NCBI GenBank assembly: GCA_002490245.1
Contig: PCNA01000003.1
Span: 1 to 40,054 of the forward strand
Origin: Candidatus Bathyarchaeota archaeon B24-2
Lineage (GTDB): Archaea; Thermoproteota; Bathyarchaeia; Bathyarchaeales; B24-2
Length of the DNA: 40,054 nucleotides
Direction: 5' to 3'
Of the stretch, positions 17,142 through 27,001 are shown piece by piece (position 1 is the stretch's first letter; each line of letters opens with the position of its first letter). The notes beneath the pieces are model-generated. The model made no database searches and was not told where the DNA came from. It was given only the letters and a program-made list of their open reading frames with translations. The position numbers were made by a program, and so were the translations under genes.

Positions 17142-18481
17142 GCCTTAGAGGGTTCCTCTCTGAAATGGAGGAGCGTCGAGAGGTAGTCCATATCGAGGAA
17201 TCCGTCTCTCCTCGGTTTGAGGTCTCAAAGCTAGCTATGGAGTTCGACGGAGGACCTATACTATTCTTCGAGAACGTCGAGGGAAAGAAGGTCGTCGTGA
17301 ACGTATGTGGAAGTCGGGATAGGATATGCCTTGCCTTAAAGTCAAGGCGCCAAGACCTTCATAGAAAGCTCGTTACCTCCATGCACTACTTGAGAACTCC
17401 TGAGGTAGTCGATTCGGCTCCCTCTCAAGAAGTCGAGGAACCCGATTTAGGAGATATACCTATCCTAACACACTTCGAGAAGGACGGTGGCCCATACATA
17501 ACTTCAGGTGTTATATACGCTAGAAGCTCTAAGCTAGGAGTCGAGAACGTTTCCATTCATAGGCTTCAAGTTCTAGACGACTCGACCCTAGCCATAAGGC
17601 TTGTTCCGAGGCATCTATACAAGTTGTGGATGGCCCATAAGATGGAGAAAAAAGACTTGGAAGTCTCGGTCTCTGTCGGCGTCCACCCAGCAGTTCATCT
17701 AGCAGCCGCAAGCTCACCGCCGTTCGGCGTAAACGAGTTCCATATAGCGAACAGCCTTTTAGCCGGAGAACTTAAACTGGTTAAATGCTTGAAGGTGGAT
17801 GCCTACGCTCCTGCCGAAGCGGAATTGATCATCGAAGGCATAATCTCATGGGAGAGGGAGGCGCTGGAAGGCCCTCTCGTGGATATTCTAGGCACATACG
17901 ACGTCCAGAGAATGCAGCCGATAGTCGAAGTTAAGGCTGTAACGCACAGGAAAGACTATGTATACCAAGCGATCGTCCCTTCGAGCATGGAGCACAAGCT
18001 ACTTATGGGTCTCCCTAGAGAGGCTTTGATCTGGGAGGCTGTCTCTAAGGTCGTTCCTGAGGTTTATGGCGTCAGGTTGACTATGGCTGGAGGTGGATGG
18101 CTGCACGCCGTGGTCTCGATAAGGAAGCAGAGGGAGGGAGACGGAAAGAACGCTCTTCTCGCGGCGCTTGCAGCGCATCCAAGCCTAAAGCACGTTGTCG
18201 TAGTGGACGAAGACATAGACGTTTACGATAGCGAGGCGGTCGAGTGGGCTATAGCTACGAGGTTTCAGGCAGATAGGGACCTCATAGTGGTGAAAGACGT
18301 GAGGGGGTCGACGCTCGACCCCTCCTCCGACCAAGAGAGAGTCCTAACTTCGAAGGTCGGGGTCGACGCGACCAAACCTATGGATAAGCCTAAAGAGAAG
18401 TTTGAGCCTGCGACTATACCATCGACGAGTAGGATAGAAGGGCTTATCGAGAGTTTAAGGAAGCGGTTAGCTATAAGGTGA
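17138..18481 (+). CDS. UbiD-family prFMN decarboxylase, probable anhydromevalonate phosphate decarboxylase
   Basis: DGGPYIT, N.SIHR, EGP, VVVDEDID, WAIATR and LDPS motifs; adjacent to the AcnX subunits. Confidence 0.88.
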   Translation: MSLRGFLSEMEERREVVHIEESVSPRFEVSKLAMEFDGGPILFFENVEGKKVVVNVCGSRDRICLALKSRRQDLHRKLVTSMHYLRTPEVVDSAPSQEVEEPDLGDIPILTHFEKDGGPYITSGVIYARSSKLGVENVSIHRLQVLDDSTLAIRLVPRHLYKLWMAHKMEKKDLEVSVSVGVHPAVHLAAASSPPFGVNEFHIANSLLAGELKLVKCLKVDAYAPAEAELIIEGIISWEREALEGPLVDILGTYDVQRMQPIVEVKAVTHRKDYVYQAIVPSSMEHKLLMGLPREALIWEAVSKVVPEVYGVRLTMAGGGWLHAVVSIRKQREGDGKNALLAALAAHPSLKHVVVVDEDIDVYDSEAVEWAIATRFQADRDLIVVKDVRGSTLDPSSDQERVLTSKVGVDATKPMDKPKEKFEPATIPSTSRIEGLIESLRKRLAIR

Positions 18482-18483
18482 AG

Positions 18484-19659
18484 TCAACTTTCACATGCCT
18501 TCTCGACGCACTCGCGAAGCGAGGCTAGAGAGACTTCGACTCGATTCATGTTCGGCGCATAATACGCCGTCTTAGCCGAGTTCGTTAACAGAGAGTCTAT
18601 ACCCAACTCCTCAATCCAGCTTACGATGATGCAGGTATCGCATAAAACCTTTCCACCGGCACGCTCGATGATTTCCACATACTCCTTCGACGTTCTTTTG
18701 ACGTGACGGGACGTGCACACCCATAATCGAACGTCTTCCCTCACTTTCTTGCCGTAGAGAATGCTCGCAATCTCCTTTATCTCTGAGTATGAGCAGTGCG
18801 GGCATCCTATGAAAACTAGGTCTGGCTTCTCGACCTCAGATGATATGTCGCTGAGAGAGTTCTTTAGGTCCCTTTCTCCGACGCTTATCTTCTCTTGAGG
18901 AAGAGAACTCGACTTCTGAGATAGGATGAAACGTGAAACCATACCGCTTGAGGCTAAGGCTGCCCCGAGCTGCTTTAACTCCCTCTCTTTCGGGCTTTTA
19001 AGACCTTGAATCACAGGTATTTCGTCGCCTAGGACTTTCCCTAGATGTATTCCTAAGACCCCGAACTTCTCCTCGCTTCTTAAGTCAGCGTCCACGGTAA
19101 CCATAACTTTACCTTCCCTTTCCTCCGGCCTATGCATCCCGTAATTCGGCGTCGCACCGATTATAGCAGAGGCTAAGGCGCTTGGGCCACCCTCCCTGTT
19201 CGTCCACGAGCCTAACACGGAGTTCGCATAAACCACGGCGGAGGATTCAGCCCAAGAGAGGTGGACGTTCCTCGGAGGCTTACTTATGTAATATGGAGTG
19301 CACGAGAGGGTTTGCTTAACGCCGAGGTCTTCGTAAAGCCTAAGAATCCTTTTCTGAGCGTTCAACCTATGCTCCGTTAACCTCATGAGTTGAGGTCTCT
19401 CTAGGTCGAAGGCCGCCGGATTTAAGGTTGCGGGAGCCTTAACTTTAACGCCTGAAGCGGCTAGCTCCTCCAGAAACTCTGTAGCCGCATCGCCGAGGGT
19501 CTTGTAAGATACACCGGAGATATGTGCCGAGTGTATGGGTATAAGCCTATCTGCCTTGAATAGGTCTCCCAGTTTAACGAGGATCCTCATAGCTACCTGT
19601 ATAGCCCAGCCATACTCACCGTCTAAGGCCCTCTCCTCATCCTTGGTTAGGTACACCAC
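18484..19659 (-). CDS. Aconitase X large subunit, probable phosphomevalonate dehydratase large subunit
   Basis: HISGVSY, SCTPY, WAESSAV.YANS, NREGG, GCPH and DTC; three cluster cysteines present. Confidence 0.88.
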   Translation of the reverse strand: MVYLTKDEERALDGEYGWAIQVAMRILVKLGDLFKADRLIPIHSAHISGVSYKTLGDAATEFLEELAASGVKVKAPATLNPAAFDLERPQLMRLTEHRLNAQKRILRLYEDLGVKQTLSCTPYYISKPPRNVHLSWAESSAVVYANSVLGSWTNREGGPSALASAIIGATPNYGMHRPEEREGKVMVTVDADLRSEEKFGVLGIHLGKVLGDEIPVIQGLKSPKERELKQLGAALASSGMVSRFILSQKSSSLPQEKISVGERDLKNSLSDISSEVEKPDLVFIGCPHCSYSEIKEIASILYGKKVREDVRLWVCTSRHVKRTSKEYVEIIERAGGKVLCDTCIIVSWIEELGIDSLLTNSAKTAYYAPNMNRVEVSLASLRECVEKACES

Positions 19660-20066
19660 TACATCCTCCTAAATACCGTAACGGTTCCTGCCTCCCCATC
19701 GACTTCGACTATATCTGAAGAACGGATCTTTGTTAGGTCGATATGGTCTACCATCGGGATAGACCCTATGATGGCGCCTACAACAACCACGGGATCGGCT
19801 AGCTCGTTCACTATGGCCTTAGGAGCCCTCCCTCTCTTAGCTAGGGTGTATAGGGTATAGCTTCCAACGGTCGAGCCACGGCCGTGGGGAAAGCAGAGTA
19901 TCTTGCCGGTTACTACCGTGCCTCGTAGATCGTGGCCCTCCTCGATTATCCTTCCAGTATTCACGTCAACCCCCTTAAGAAGGTTTAAAGGCGTGCTCGA
20001 AACTAAGGCCTTTCCTCTAGCTTTGCCTTCGACTATAGGACGTCCTTTGAGGATTATCTTCTTCAT
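19659..20066 (-). CDS. Aconitase X small (swiveling) subunit, DUF126
   Basis: GRGSTVGSY and VEVDG..G; coupled to the large subunit. Confidence 0.88.
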   Translation of the reverse strand: MKKIILKGRPIVEGKARGKALVSSTPLNLLKGVDVNTGRIIEEGHDLRGTVVTGKILCFPHGRGSTVGSYTLYTLAKRGRAPKAIVNELADPVVVVGAIIGSIPMVDHIDLTKIRSSDIVEVDGEAGTVTVFRRM

Positions 20067-20081
20067 TCGACCACCTTAACC

Positions 20082-21374
20082 CTAGAACGATATGCGCGCC
20101 GAGAAGGGTGTATCGCCTAAAATCTTCTTAGCGGCCTCCCTAACCTGACTTCTATACCTATCTTCCGTGTATATACGAAGGATGTTGACGAAACCTTTTA
20201 GGGCGCTGAAGATTCCAGATATCCTGTTTAAGTCTAGAGGGACTTTCTCTCCGTTTTTAGTCCTCTTGAAGACTGGAACCTCCATGGGTTCCAGTAGTAT
20301 CGAGTGTCTATACGGAACCGAGGGAACGTTGGGTACGTCGACTATAACATATGACGAATCCACTTTAGCTTCGTTCGCTATCTCCTCCTCGACGTTTCTA
20401 CGAAACTCTTCTTTACCGAACAGGCTGGATATGAATTCGTCCTTAACTTGGAAAGTCCTTTCATAAACGCATTTCAGTAGGTCTCTATTCTCTAATCTCC
20501 TGATGGTTTCTGCCGCTCCCTCACTCTCCTTAAGCATACTCCACGTTGTATAGTCGTCTTTAGCTAGATAGCGTTCAGGATCCTCGAAGTCTAGGAGGCC
20601 AAGCTCGTCTTTAGCCCTCTCCATAGCATACGCCAGCATTATTTGAACCGCCCTAGAAGTCCTGTGGAAGTATATGCTCTTAAAAGATTCCACCCTAGCT
20701 AAGATGAAGGACTCGAACGCGGACAACGCGCCTACATCAAGCGCTAGGTTATCTTCTAGGATATCGAGGGTTCTTAAGAGACGATAGACGTCCACGAATC
20801 CATACTCTGCCCCGGTATGATAAGTGTCTCTAACTATGAAGTCTAGCTTGTCCACGTCCACAGCGCTTCTGATGACTTGGTCCAAAAAAGCTTTACCTTT
20901 TTCATGTAGCCCACCTACGGCTAGCCTAGCTATCTTATCAGGGTTAAAACCGAGGCTTCTAAGCTTATCGCCGAGTTCAGACTTAGTTATGACCCATCTC
21001 GTTAGGTCCTCATGGGTTTTAGAAAGAAACTTCTCTAGCAGATGCTCGTATACGTGAGAGAATGGACCATGACCAACATCGTGTAAGAGCGCTGCAAGCC
21101 TCACCTCCTTAGCTTCGTCCCCGGATATCACTTGAGATAAATGAGGATTTTGAAGCAGGACTTTCGTGAGATAAAGAACTCCTATAGAGTGCTCAAATCG
21201 AGTGTGATTTGCCCCGGGATAGACGTATTCTGAGCCGGCTAGCTGTCTGATTCTTCTAAGTCTTTGCACAGGATATGTATCTATTATCTCCTTTTCCACT
21301 TCAGAGATGTAGACGTAACCGTGGACGGGATCTTTAATCTCTCCCCAAGTCTTCTCAGACATATCGACCAACAT
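20082..21374 (-). CDS. HD-domain phosphohydrolase (dNTP triphosphohydrolase/SAMHD1-like)
   Basis: DPVHG, QRLRRIRQL, HTRFEHS.G, LHDVGHGPFSH, DVDKLD and YFH. Confidence 0.88.
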   Translation of the reverse strand: MLVDMSEKTWGEIKDPVHGYVYISEVEKEIIDTYPVQRLRRIRQLAGSEYVYPGANHTRFEHSIGVLYLTKVLLQNPHLSQVISGDEAKEVRLAALLHDVGHGPFSHVYEHLLEKFLSKTHEDLTRWVITKSELGDKLRSLGFNPDKIARLAVGGLHEKGKAFLDQVIRSAVDVDKLDFIVRDTYHTGAEYGFVDVYRLLRTLDILEDNLALDVGALSAFESFILARVESFKSIYFHRTSRAVQIMLAYAMERAKDELGLLDFEDPERYLAKDDYTTWSMLKESEGAAETIRRLENRDLLKCVYERTFQVKDEFISSLFGKEEFRRNVEEEIANEAKVDSSYVIVDVPNVPSVPYRHSILLEPMEVPVFKRTKNGEKVPLDLNRISGIFSALKGFVNILRIYTEDRYRSQVREAAKKILGDTPFSARISF

Positions 21375-21456
21375 TCAGAGCTTAATTTTTAGACTATATT
21401 TAAAATCATCATTACTTACATATTATAGTTGACCTTTCCAGAGGAAAAATGGGGAA

Positions 21457-22077
21457 ATGGTTAAGGAAGGTGTCTTCATCTGTCTTGAAGGGTTAGACGC
21501 CAGCGGTAAGACCACACACTCAAAACTGTTGGTTAGGAAGCTCCGCAAGATGGGGTTGACTGCCCGTTACACGAGGGAGCCAAGCAACGGAGAGATCGGG
21601 CGACTGATAAGGAAAATGATCCTCAAGAGGGAAGAAAGGACCAAGATAGCGATCGAGGCTTTACTATTCGCAGCCGACCGTTTAGACCACATCCAAAGAG
21701 AAATAGCCCCTAGCTTGGCTAGAGGGGAAATAGTCGTATCGGATCGATACTTATACTCTTCTCTAGCCTACCAAGGAGGAGCTGGGTTAGACTTAGACTG
21801 GATCGAAGAGCTTAATAAGTTTGCTTTAAAACCGGACCTAGCTCTATACATCGATGTTCCGCCGGAAGTGGCGATCAAGAGGTTGAGTAGAGAGAAGAGC
21901 GTTATGGAGAGACTCGAAACACAGAGGAGAGTGCGAGAGATATACTTGCAGATGGTCAAAGACGGAAGGATAGTCTATGTAGACGGAAACAGAACGATAA
22001 GAGCCGTTTCACGTGAGATCTTAGATATCGTTAAGGGATTCCTTAAAGAGAGAGGGTTGTTGGCTAAGGAATCTTAA
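21457..22077 (+). CDS. tmk: Thymidylate kinase
   Basis: EGLDASGKTT, REP, LFAADR and DRY..SS.AYQ. Confidence 0.95.
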   Translation: MVKEGVFICLEGLDASGKTTHSKLLVRKLRKMGLTARYTREPSNGEIGRLIRKMILKREERTKIAIEALLFAADRLDHIQREIAPSLARGEIVVSDRYLYSSLAYQGGAGLDLDWIEELNKFALKPDLALYIDVPPEVAIKRLSREKSVMERLETQRRVREIYLQMVKDGRIVYVDGNRTIRAVSREILDIVKGFLKERGLLAKES

Positions 22078-22079
22078 TT

Positions 22080-22610
22080 TTAAACCTCGATTAGATCGAC
22101 CGTCTCGAACACTTCTTCTCGACCTACACCTAAAATCGAGGATATCTCATCTAAAAGATATTCGATGAACGAGCTGAACGATATCCTTCTAGTGCCTCTT
22201 TCATGGAAGTATTTAATAGTCAAAACTTCTTCGCCAAAGCTAAAGCGGAGTATGCCGTAATCGAACTTTAGGGGCTTCGGTTTTCGATTCGCCGTTTTTC
22301 TATAATATTTCAGGACTAAGAAGAAATCCATCAAGCTAAACGGTTCTTCCTCGATCTTTCTAGAGATGGATCTAGCTTCATCCGGACCTATGAAAGTGAA
22401 GACTCCGCCTTCAGCAAAGCCAAACTCGAAAAGGACGATTATTTCCTCATCGCCGGTTAGATCCGATATCTCTGAGAGCTCAACGGAGGAATCGTTCAGT
22501 TCAAGTATAACGTTCAATATGGCGAGCTGGATAGCCCGAATGTCGATTCTATATCTAAGCGTCAGTCTACCATGAAAGACGTCTGGAAAGAAGTCGTATC
22601 TGCCAAGCAT
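22080..22610 (-). CDS. Hypothetical protein
   Basis: 176-aa ORF filling the gap, co-oriented with the upstream UPF0148 gene; no motif recognised. Confidence 0.7.
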   Translation of the reverse strand: MLGRYDFFPDVFHGRLTLRYRIDIRAIQLAILNVILELNDSSVELSEISDLTGDEEIIVLFEFGFAEGGVFTFIGPDEARSISRKIEEEPFSLMDFFLVLKYYRKTANRKPKPLKFDYGILRFSFGEEVLTIKYFHERGTRRISFSSFIEYLLDEISSILGVGREEVFETVDLIEV

Positions 22611-22630
22611 GGGTTAAATATACACCAGCG

Positions 22631-22990
22631 TTAATCTCCGCTCTTAAGCAGTCTCCGCACTCTACTTAGATTCTCGAGCATGTTTAATAACACTTTTCCT
22701 AGGTCTCCGACTTTTTCCGGATCGCTTTCTTTACTTATCAGGGAATTCAGCTCTTCGATCTTCATCAGAAGTGTGTTTTCAAGGTTATTCAGAACTATAG
22801 GTGTGAAGGCTTCGGCTGTAGCTCCCTCTCTGACGACCACCACACGCTTCTTACATTTTCCACACCAAAGCTCGCCGCTCGGCAACCGGAACAGGGGAGA
22901 TGAACACTTTGGACAGGAAAGACTGGTCATAGTAGCTCCTTGTCTCAGGAGGCTTGCCAAGTCCTTAAGGTCTTTCGAACCGCCGCTCAA
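22631..22990 (-). CDS. UPF0148 / Sjogren-scleroderma autoantigen 1 (SSSCA1)-like zinc-ribbon protein
   Basis: LLRQGATMTSLSCPKCSSPLF...CGKC. Confidence 0.85.
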   Translation of the reverse strand: MSGGSKDLKDLASLLRQGATMTSLSCPKCSSPLFRLPSGELWCGKCKKRVVVVREGATAEAFTPIVLNNLENTLLMKIEELNSLISKESDPEKVGDLGKVLLNMLENLSRVRRLLKSGD

Positions 22991-23065
22991 AACCTAAACC
23001 TCAGAAAGGATTTTAATTACCTTTGTATTTATGAATATTATTAATATTTAATGGAGGCTTATTAA

Positions 23066-23344
23066 TTGGTACGGAAAAAGAAGCTTAAGGAGTATGAAGA
23101 AAGGATAAATCAAGCGGTGGCCATACTTCAACAGGTTTCAGAAGATACAACTACCCCTAGGAATATAAGGAGGGTTGCAAAAGAGTCGATAGACACCTTA
23201 AGCTCAGGTGAGGGAACCTACGCTGTTAGAGCGTCGAACGCGATCTCTCTACTAGACGAGATTCTTCAAGACCCTAATATGCCGCCTTACACACGCGTTA
23301 AACTGTGGAACGTGATGAGTCTACTAGAAGGTATAACCGATTAA
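23066..23344 (+). CDS. UPF0147 family protein
   Basis: D.TTPRNIRR and LDEI..DPNMP.YTR..W. Confidence 0.9.
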   Translation: MVRKKKLKEYEERINQAVAILQQVSEDTTTPRNIRRVAKESIDTLSSGEGTYAVRASNAISLLDEILQDPNMPPYTRVKLWNVMSLLEGITD

Positions 23345-23500
23345 ACGCCGTAGAACAGTTTTCGCTCGACGACTCTCTAAAAAAGGAGAGGGGAACCGGG
23401 AAAGGGCGGCGTTAAACCTTAAGGTTTAGCGAAAATTATCCAACCGATTAGAATATATTATGCTTTTTACATCATTTTTCTGGTTATCGGAGGATATCGA

Positions 23501-24886
23501 TTGAAATACGATGTCGTGATCGTCGGTTCTGGTCCTGCAGGGATATTCTCGGCTCTAGAGCTCTCTAAGAATTCTGACCTTAAAACTCTAATGTTGGATA
23601 AAGGACCAGACCTCGATCAGCGTAGATGCCCCGCTTCTAGAGGATTCGGATGCTTAAAATGCGACCCCTGTGTCTTGCTTCAAGGTTGGGGTGGGGCAGG
23701 CGCGTTCAGCGACGGGAAACTTACACTCTCAACAGAAGTCGGTGGCTGGCTCAGCGACTATATAGATAAAGAGAAACTAGGGAGACTAATCGATTACGTC
23801 GACAAGATATACCTTAAGTACGGCGCTCCAGAGGAGGTTTATGGATCGAACCTTGATAAGATAGAGGATATCGAGAGGAGAGCGACGTTCGCAGGTCTTC
23901 GTTTAGTTCGCCAGAAACTGCGGCATATGGGGACCGAAAGATGCTATAAGACTTTGAAGAACGTGAGAAGGGACCTTGAAAAGAAGGTGGACATTAGGAC
24001 TTGGGTAAACGTGAAGGACGTCCTCGTAAAGGATGGAAAAGTGGTCGGCGTCAGAACTTCAAGCGGGGAAAAGATACTAAGTAGATATGTGATTCTCGCT
24101 CCTGGAAGGAGCGGGGCTGAATGGCTTACCCTAGAGTCGCAGGCGCTAGGCATAAAGACTTACAATAACCCGGTCGACGTCGGTGTTAGGGTGGAAGTTA
24201 AAGCTCCGATAATGGAGGAGCTCACCGACGCCCTCTACGAGCCTAAGTTCATCTACTACTCTAAGGCCTTCGACGACCAAGTGAGGACGTTTTGCGTTAA
24301 CCCCTACGGCGAAGTGATAACAGAGTCCTATAACAACATAGTCACGGTTAACGGTCAGAGTTACTCTGACAGGAAGACCGAAAACACGAACTTCGCGATA
24401 CTCGTCAGCACATCGTTCACCGAACCGTTTAGAGAGCCCATATCCTATGGAAAGTATCTGGCTTGGTTAACTAACCTCCTCAGCGGCGGAGTGATCATAC
24501 AGAGGCTAGGAGACTTAGAAGCCGGCAGACGTTCAACCAGAGAGAGGATAAAGAGGAGCTCCGTCACACCAACCTTAAAGACCGCGACGCCGGGAGACCT
24601 AAGCTTCGTGCTCCCGTACAGGTATCTAACAGACATAAAAGAGATGCTGAAAGCGTTAGACCAGATAGCGCCGGGAATAGCCTCGAAGGATACTCTACTC
24701 TACGGCACGGAAGTCAAATTCTATAGCTCGAGACTAGACGTTAGTAACGAATTGGAAACTAGGATAAAGAATCTATTCGCCATAGGAGATGGAGCGGGTA
24801 TAACTAGAGGGCTTATTCAAGCGTCCGTTTCCGGGGTGATAGCTGCCAGAGCGATCTTGAAGAGAGAATCGAAGAATAGGACTTAA
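23501..24886 (+). CDS. NAD(P)/FAD-dependent oxidoreductase (COG2509-like)
   Basis: GSGPAG, GGAGAFSDGKL, VGVRVE, RTFC.NP.G and GDGAG.TRG. Confidence 0.88.
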   Translation: MKYDVVIVGSGPAGIFSALELSKNSDLKTLMLDKGPDLDQRRCPASRGFGCLKCDPCVLLQGWGGAGAFSDGKLTLSTEVGGWLSDYIDKEKLGRLIDYVDKIYLKYGAPEEVYGSNLDKIEDIERRATFAGLRLVRQKLRHMGTERCYKTLKNVRRDLEKKVDIRTWVNVKDVLVKDGKVVGVRTSSGEKILSRYVILAPGRSGAEWLTLESQALGIKTYNNPVDVGVRVEVKAPIMEELTDALYEPKFIYYSKAFDDQVRTFCVNPYGEVITESYNNIVTVNGQSYSDRKTENTNFAILVSTSFTEPFREPISYGKYLAWLTNLLSGGVIIQRLGDLEAGRRSTRERIKRSSVTPTLKTATPGDLSFVLPYRYLTDIKEMLKALDQIAPGIASKDTLLYGTEVKFYSSRLDVSNELETRIKNLFAIGDGAGITRGLIQASVSGVIAARAILKRESKNRT

Positions 24887-25245
24887 GGTGATGCTTCGAG
24901 TCTTAGAAACGGACCACTCTGATAGTAAACTTTGCAGAAAATAGCGTGTATAGAGCAGCCACTATTTTATGGGATATTTCTAGGATGCTCCGACGACCAT
25001 AGCCGAGAAGCTCACACTATTAATGAGAGATTCTTTTAGCAACGGAGGTTTCCTCTTAACGCAGTTGAATTAACGGGTTTAGATTGTCCATAAGATATAT
25101 TTAGTTTCGTCGATGTAACAAGCAGATATGTCTAGGTTTAAAGTAGACGAGAGGTTAGAGAGGCTAGTTAGCCCGCCGACGAAGTAGCAGAAAAAAGTTA
25201 GCGAGGAGGGAGAGGAGATTCTTTAAGGCGTTAGCCGATAAGAGT

Positions 25246-26277
25246 ATGCTGAAGGTGAACCAGATGGATAGGCCTAAAATCCTGATTACAGCCCCTATCC
25301 ATGAAGCAGGGTTAACTTTACTGAGGAACGTGGCAGAGATACGTACGGCTTCTCCGAGTCAAGCTCTCATCAAAGAAAACCTCATGAGGGAAGTAAAGGA
25401 CGTAGATGCGTTGATAGTCGTCAGGTCTAGGGAGCCCGTAGACGAAGAAGTGATCGAAGAGGGGAGAAATTTAAAGATCATATCGAGGCACGGTGCTGGA
25501 TACGAGAACGTAGACGTCGAAGCCGCTACAAAGCGAGGTATCTTCGTTACGTACGCTCCGGTGAACGCGAAGACGGTCGCCGACTTAACTATGGGCATGA
25601 TAGTTTGCTTACTTAGGAGGATACATGAGGGGGACAGGCTGGTTAAGAGTGGGGATTGGTATCGAGGGCAGCGGTTAAGTCCTCCCTTGATGGGAGTAGA
25701 CGTTTACGGCAAAACTCTCGGCATAATCGGGTTAGGTAGGATCGGAGCCGAAGTTGCTAAACGCGCTAGAGGATTCGACATGAAGATCCTATATTATGAC
25801 GTCGTAAAAAAGAGGGAATACGAGGAGGAGCTTGGAGTCGAATATCGAGAGTTAGACGCCTTACTGAGAGAGTCGGACATAGTTTCAATCCACGTTCCGC
25901 TAAGTAAGAGGACCGAAAATTTGATCTCTGAACGCGAACTTAAACTCATGAAAAAGACGGCATACCTCATAAATACGTCTAGAGGCAGGGTTGTAAATCA
26001 AGACGACCTATATAGAGCGTTAAGCGAGAACTGGATTGCAGGGGCGGCTCTAGACGTCTTTAGAGAAGAACCTTTACCACCGGATGCTCCTATAGCGAAG
26101 CTGAAAAACGTTTTATTCACCCCACATATAGGCGGCGCAACCAAGGACTGCATGAGAAGAATGTCCCTTACAGTAGCTAGAGACGTAATAAAGGCTTTGC
26201 GTGGTGAAGTACCGGAGTATCTAGTCAACCCAGAGGTGTTAGAGATAATAAAACAGAGAGGACGGCCTTTAAGTTAA
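25246..26277 (+). CDS. D-2-hydroxyacid dehydrogenase (glyoxylate reductase-like)
   Basis: GLGRIG, INTSRG, LDVF..EP and TPHIG. Confidence 0.9.
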   Translation: MLKVNQMDRPKILITAPIHEAGLTLLRNVAEIRTASPSQALIKENLMREVKDVDALIVVRSREPVDEEVIEEGRNLKIISRHGAGYENVDVEAATKRGIFVTYAPVNAKTVADLTMGMIVCLLRRIHEGDRLVKSGDWYRGQRLSPPLMGVDVYGKTLGIIGLGRIGAEVAKRARGFDMKILYYDVVKKREYEEELGVEYRELDALLRESDIVSIHVPLSKRTENLISERELKLMKKTAYLINTSRGRVVNQDDLYRALSENWIAGAALDVFREEPLPPDAPIAKLKNVLFTPHIGGATKDCMRRMSLTVARDVIKALRGEVPEYLVNPEVLEIIKQRGRPLS

Positions 26278-26363
26278 ACGTTCTCTAACACGACCACTCA
26301 GTTCAGGAAATAGAGAATTCTTTTAGCCAATTATCTTAGCCAAGGCTAACAGTTCCTTTAAGA

Positions 26364-26996
26364 CTATTTTTCAGCTTGCATACCTTCTTCGTTTTGGGAT
26401 AATCCTATTATAGAGTATGCCTTCTTTAGGTTTTTCTCAACCTCTTTCTTCACGTTGTCGTAGAAGTTCTCTCCGTTCGAGTCTATTACTACCGTGAGAG
26501 GGCCGAACTCCCTTACACGCATAACCCACAAGGCCTCAGGGATTCCGAGGTCTAGCCATTCGACCCTCTCAACTTCCTCTATGCTCTTGGCAGCTAGGGC
26601 TCCTGCTCCCCCAGTAAATATCGTGTATACGGCCCCGAACCTTCTACAGGCTTCCGTCGTTTTAGAGCCCATTCCCCCCTTCCCTATTATGACCCTGACT
26701 CCCGTCTTCTCTATGAATTCCGCTTCGTACATTTCCAGTCTAGCGCTGGTAGTCGGTCCAGCCGATAAGACCCTCCATCTGTCCCCCTCTCTCTTCACTA
26801 CGGGACCTACGTGATATAACGCCATTCCGGAGAAGTTAACTGGTAGGGGCTTACCCTTGTTTAGGTACTCTAAGGCTCTTCTATGCCCTGCGTCTCTTAG
26901 GCTCAGGACGGTGCCTGATATGAAGAGAATGTCGCCGATTTTGAGAAGTTTCACCTGCTCTTCGCTTATAGGAGTCGTGAAGTGGTATTCTGCCAT
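26364..26996 (-). CDS. Fe-S fumarate hydratase / L-tartrate dehydratase, beta subunit
   Basis: RDAGH, GPTTSAR and IGKGGMG. Confidence 0.92.
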   Translation of the reverse strand: MAEYHFTTPISEEQVKLLKIGDILFISGTVLSLRDAGHRRALEYLNKGKPLPVNFSGMALYHVGPVVKREGDRWRVLSAGPTTSARLEMYEAEFIEKTGVRVIIGKGGMGSKTTEACRRFGAVYTIFTGGAGALAAKSIEEVERVEWLDLGIPEALWVMRVREFGPLTVVIDSNGENFYDNVKKEVEKNLKKAYSIIGLSQNEEGMQAEK

Positions 26997-27001
26997 GTTT
27001 A

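Noticed and set aside
16739..17191. 151-aa N-terminal extension of endonuclease III
   Set aside because: It is antisense to the PAC4-like gene and the UbiD start; Nth similarity begins at the ATG at 16738.
24888..24922. Possible C/D box sRNA (GTGATGC...CTGA)
   Set aside because: The C box is imperfect, the span is only about 35 nt, and no D'/C' boxes are apparent.
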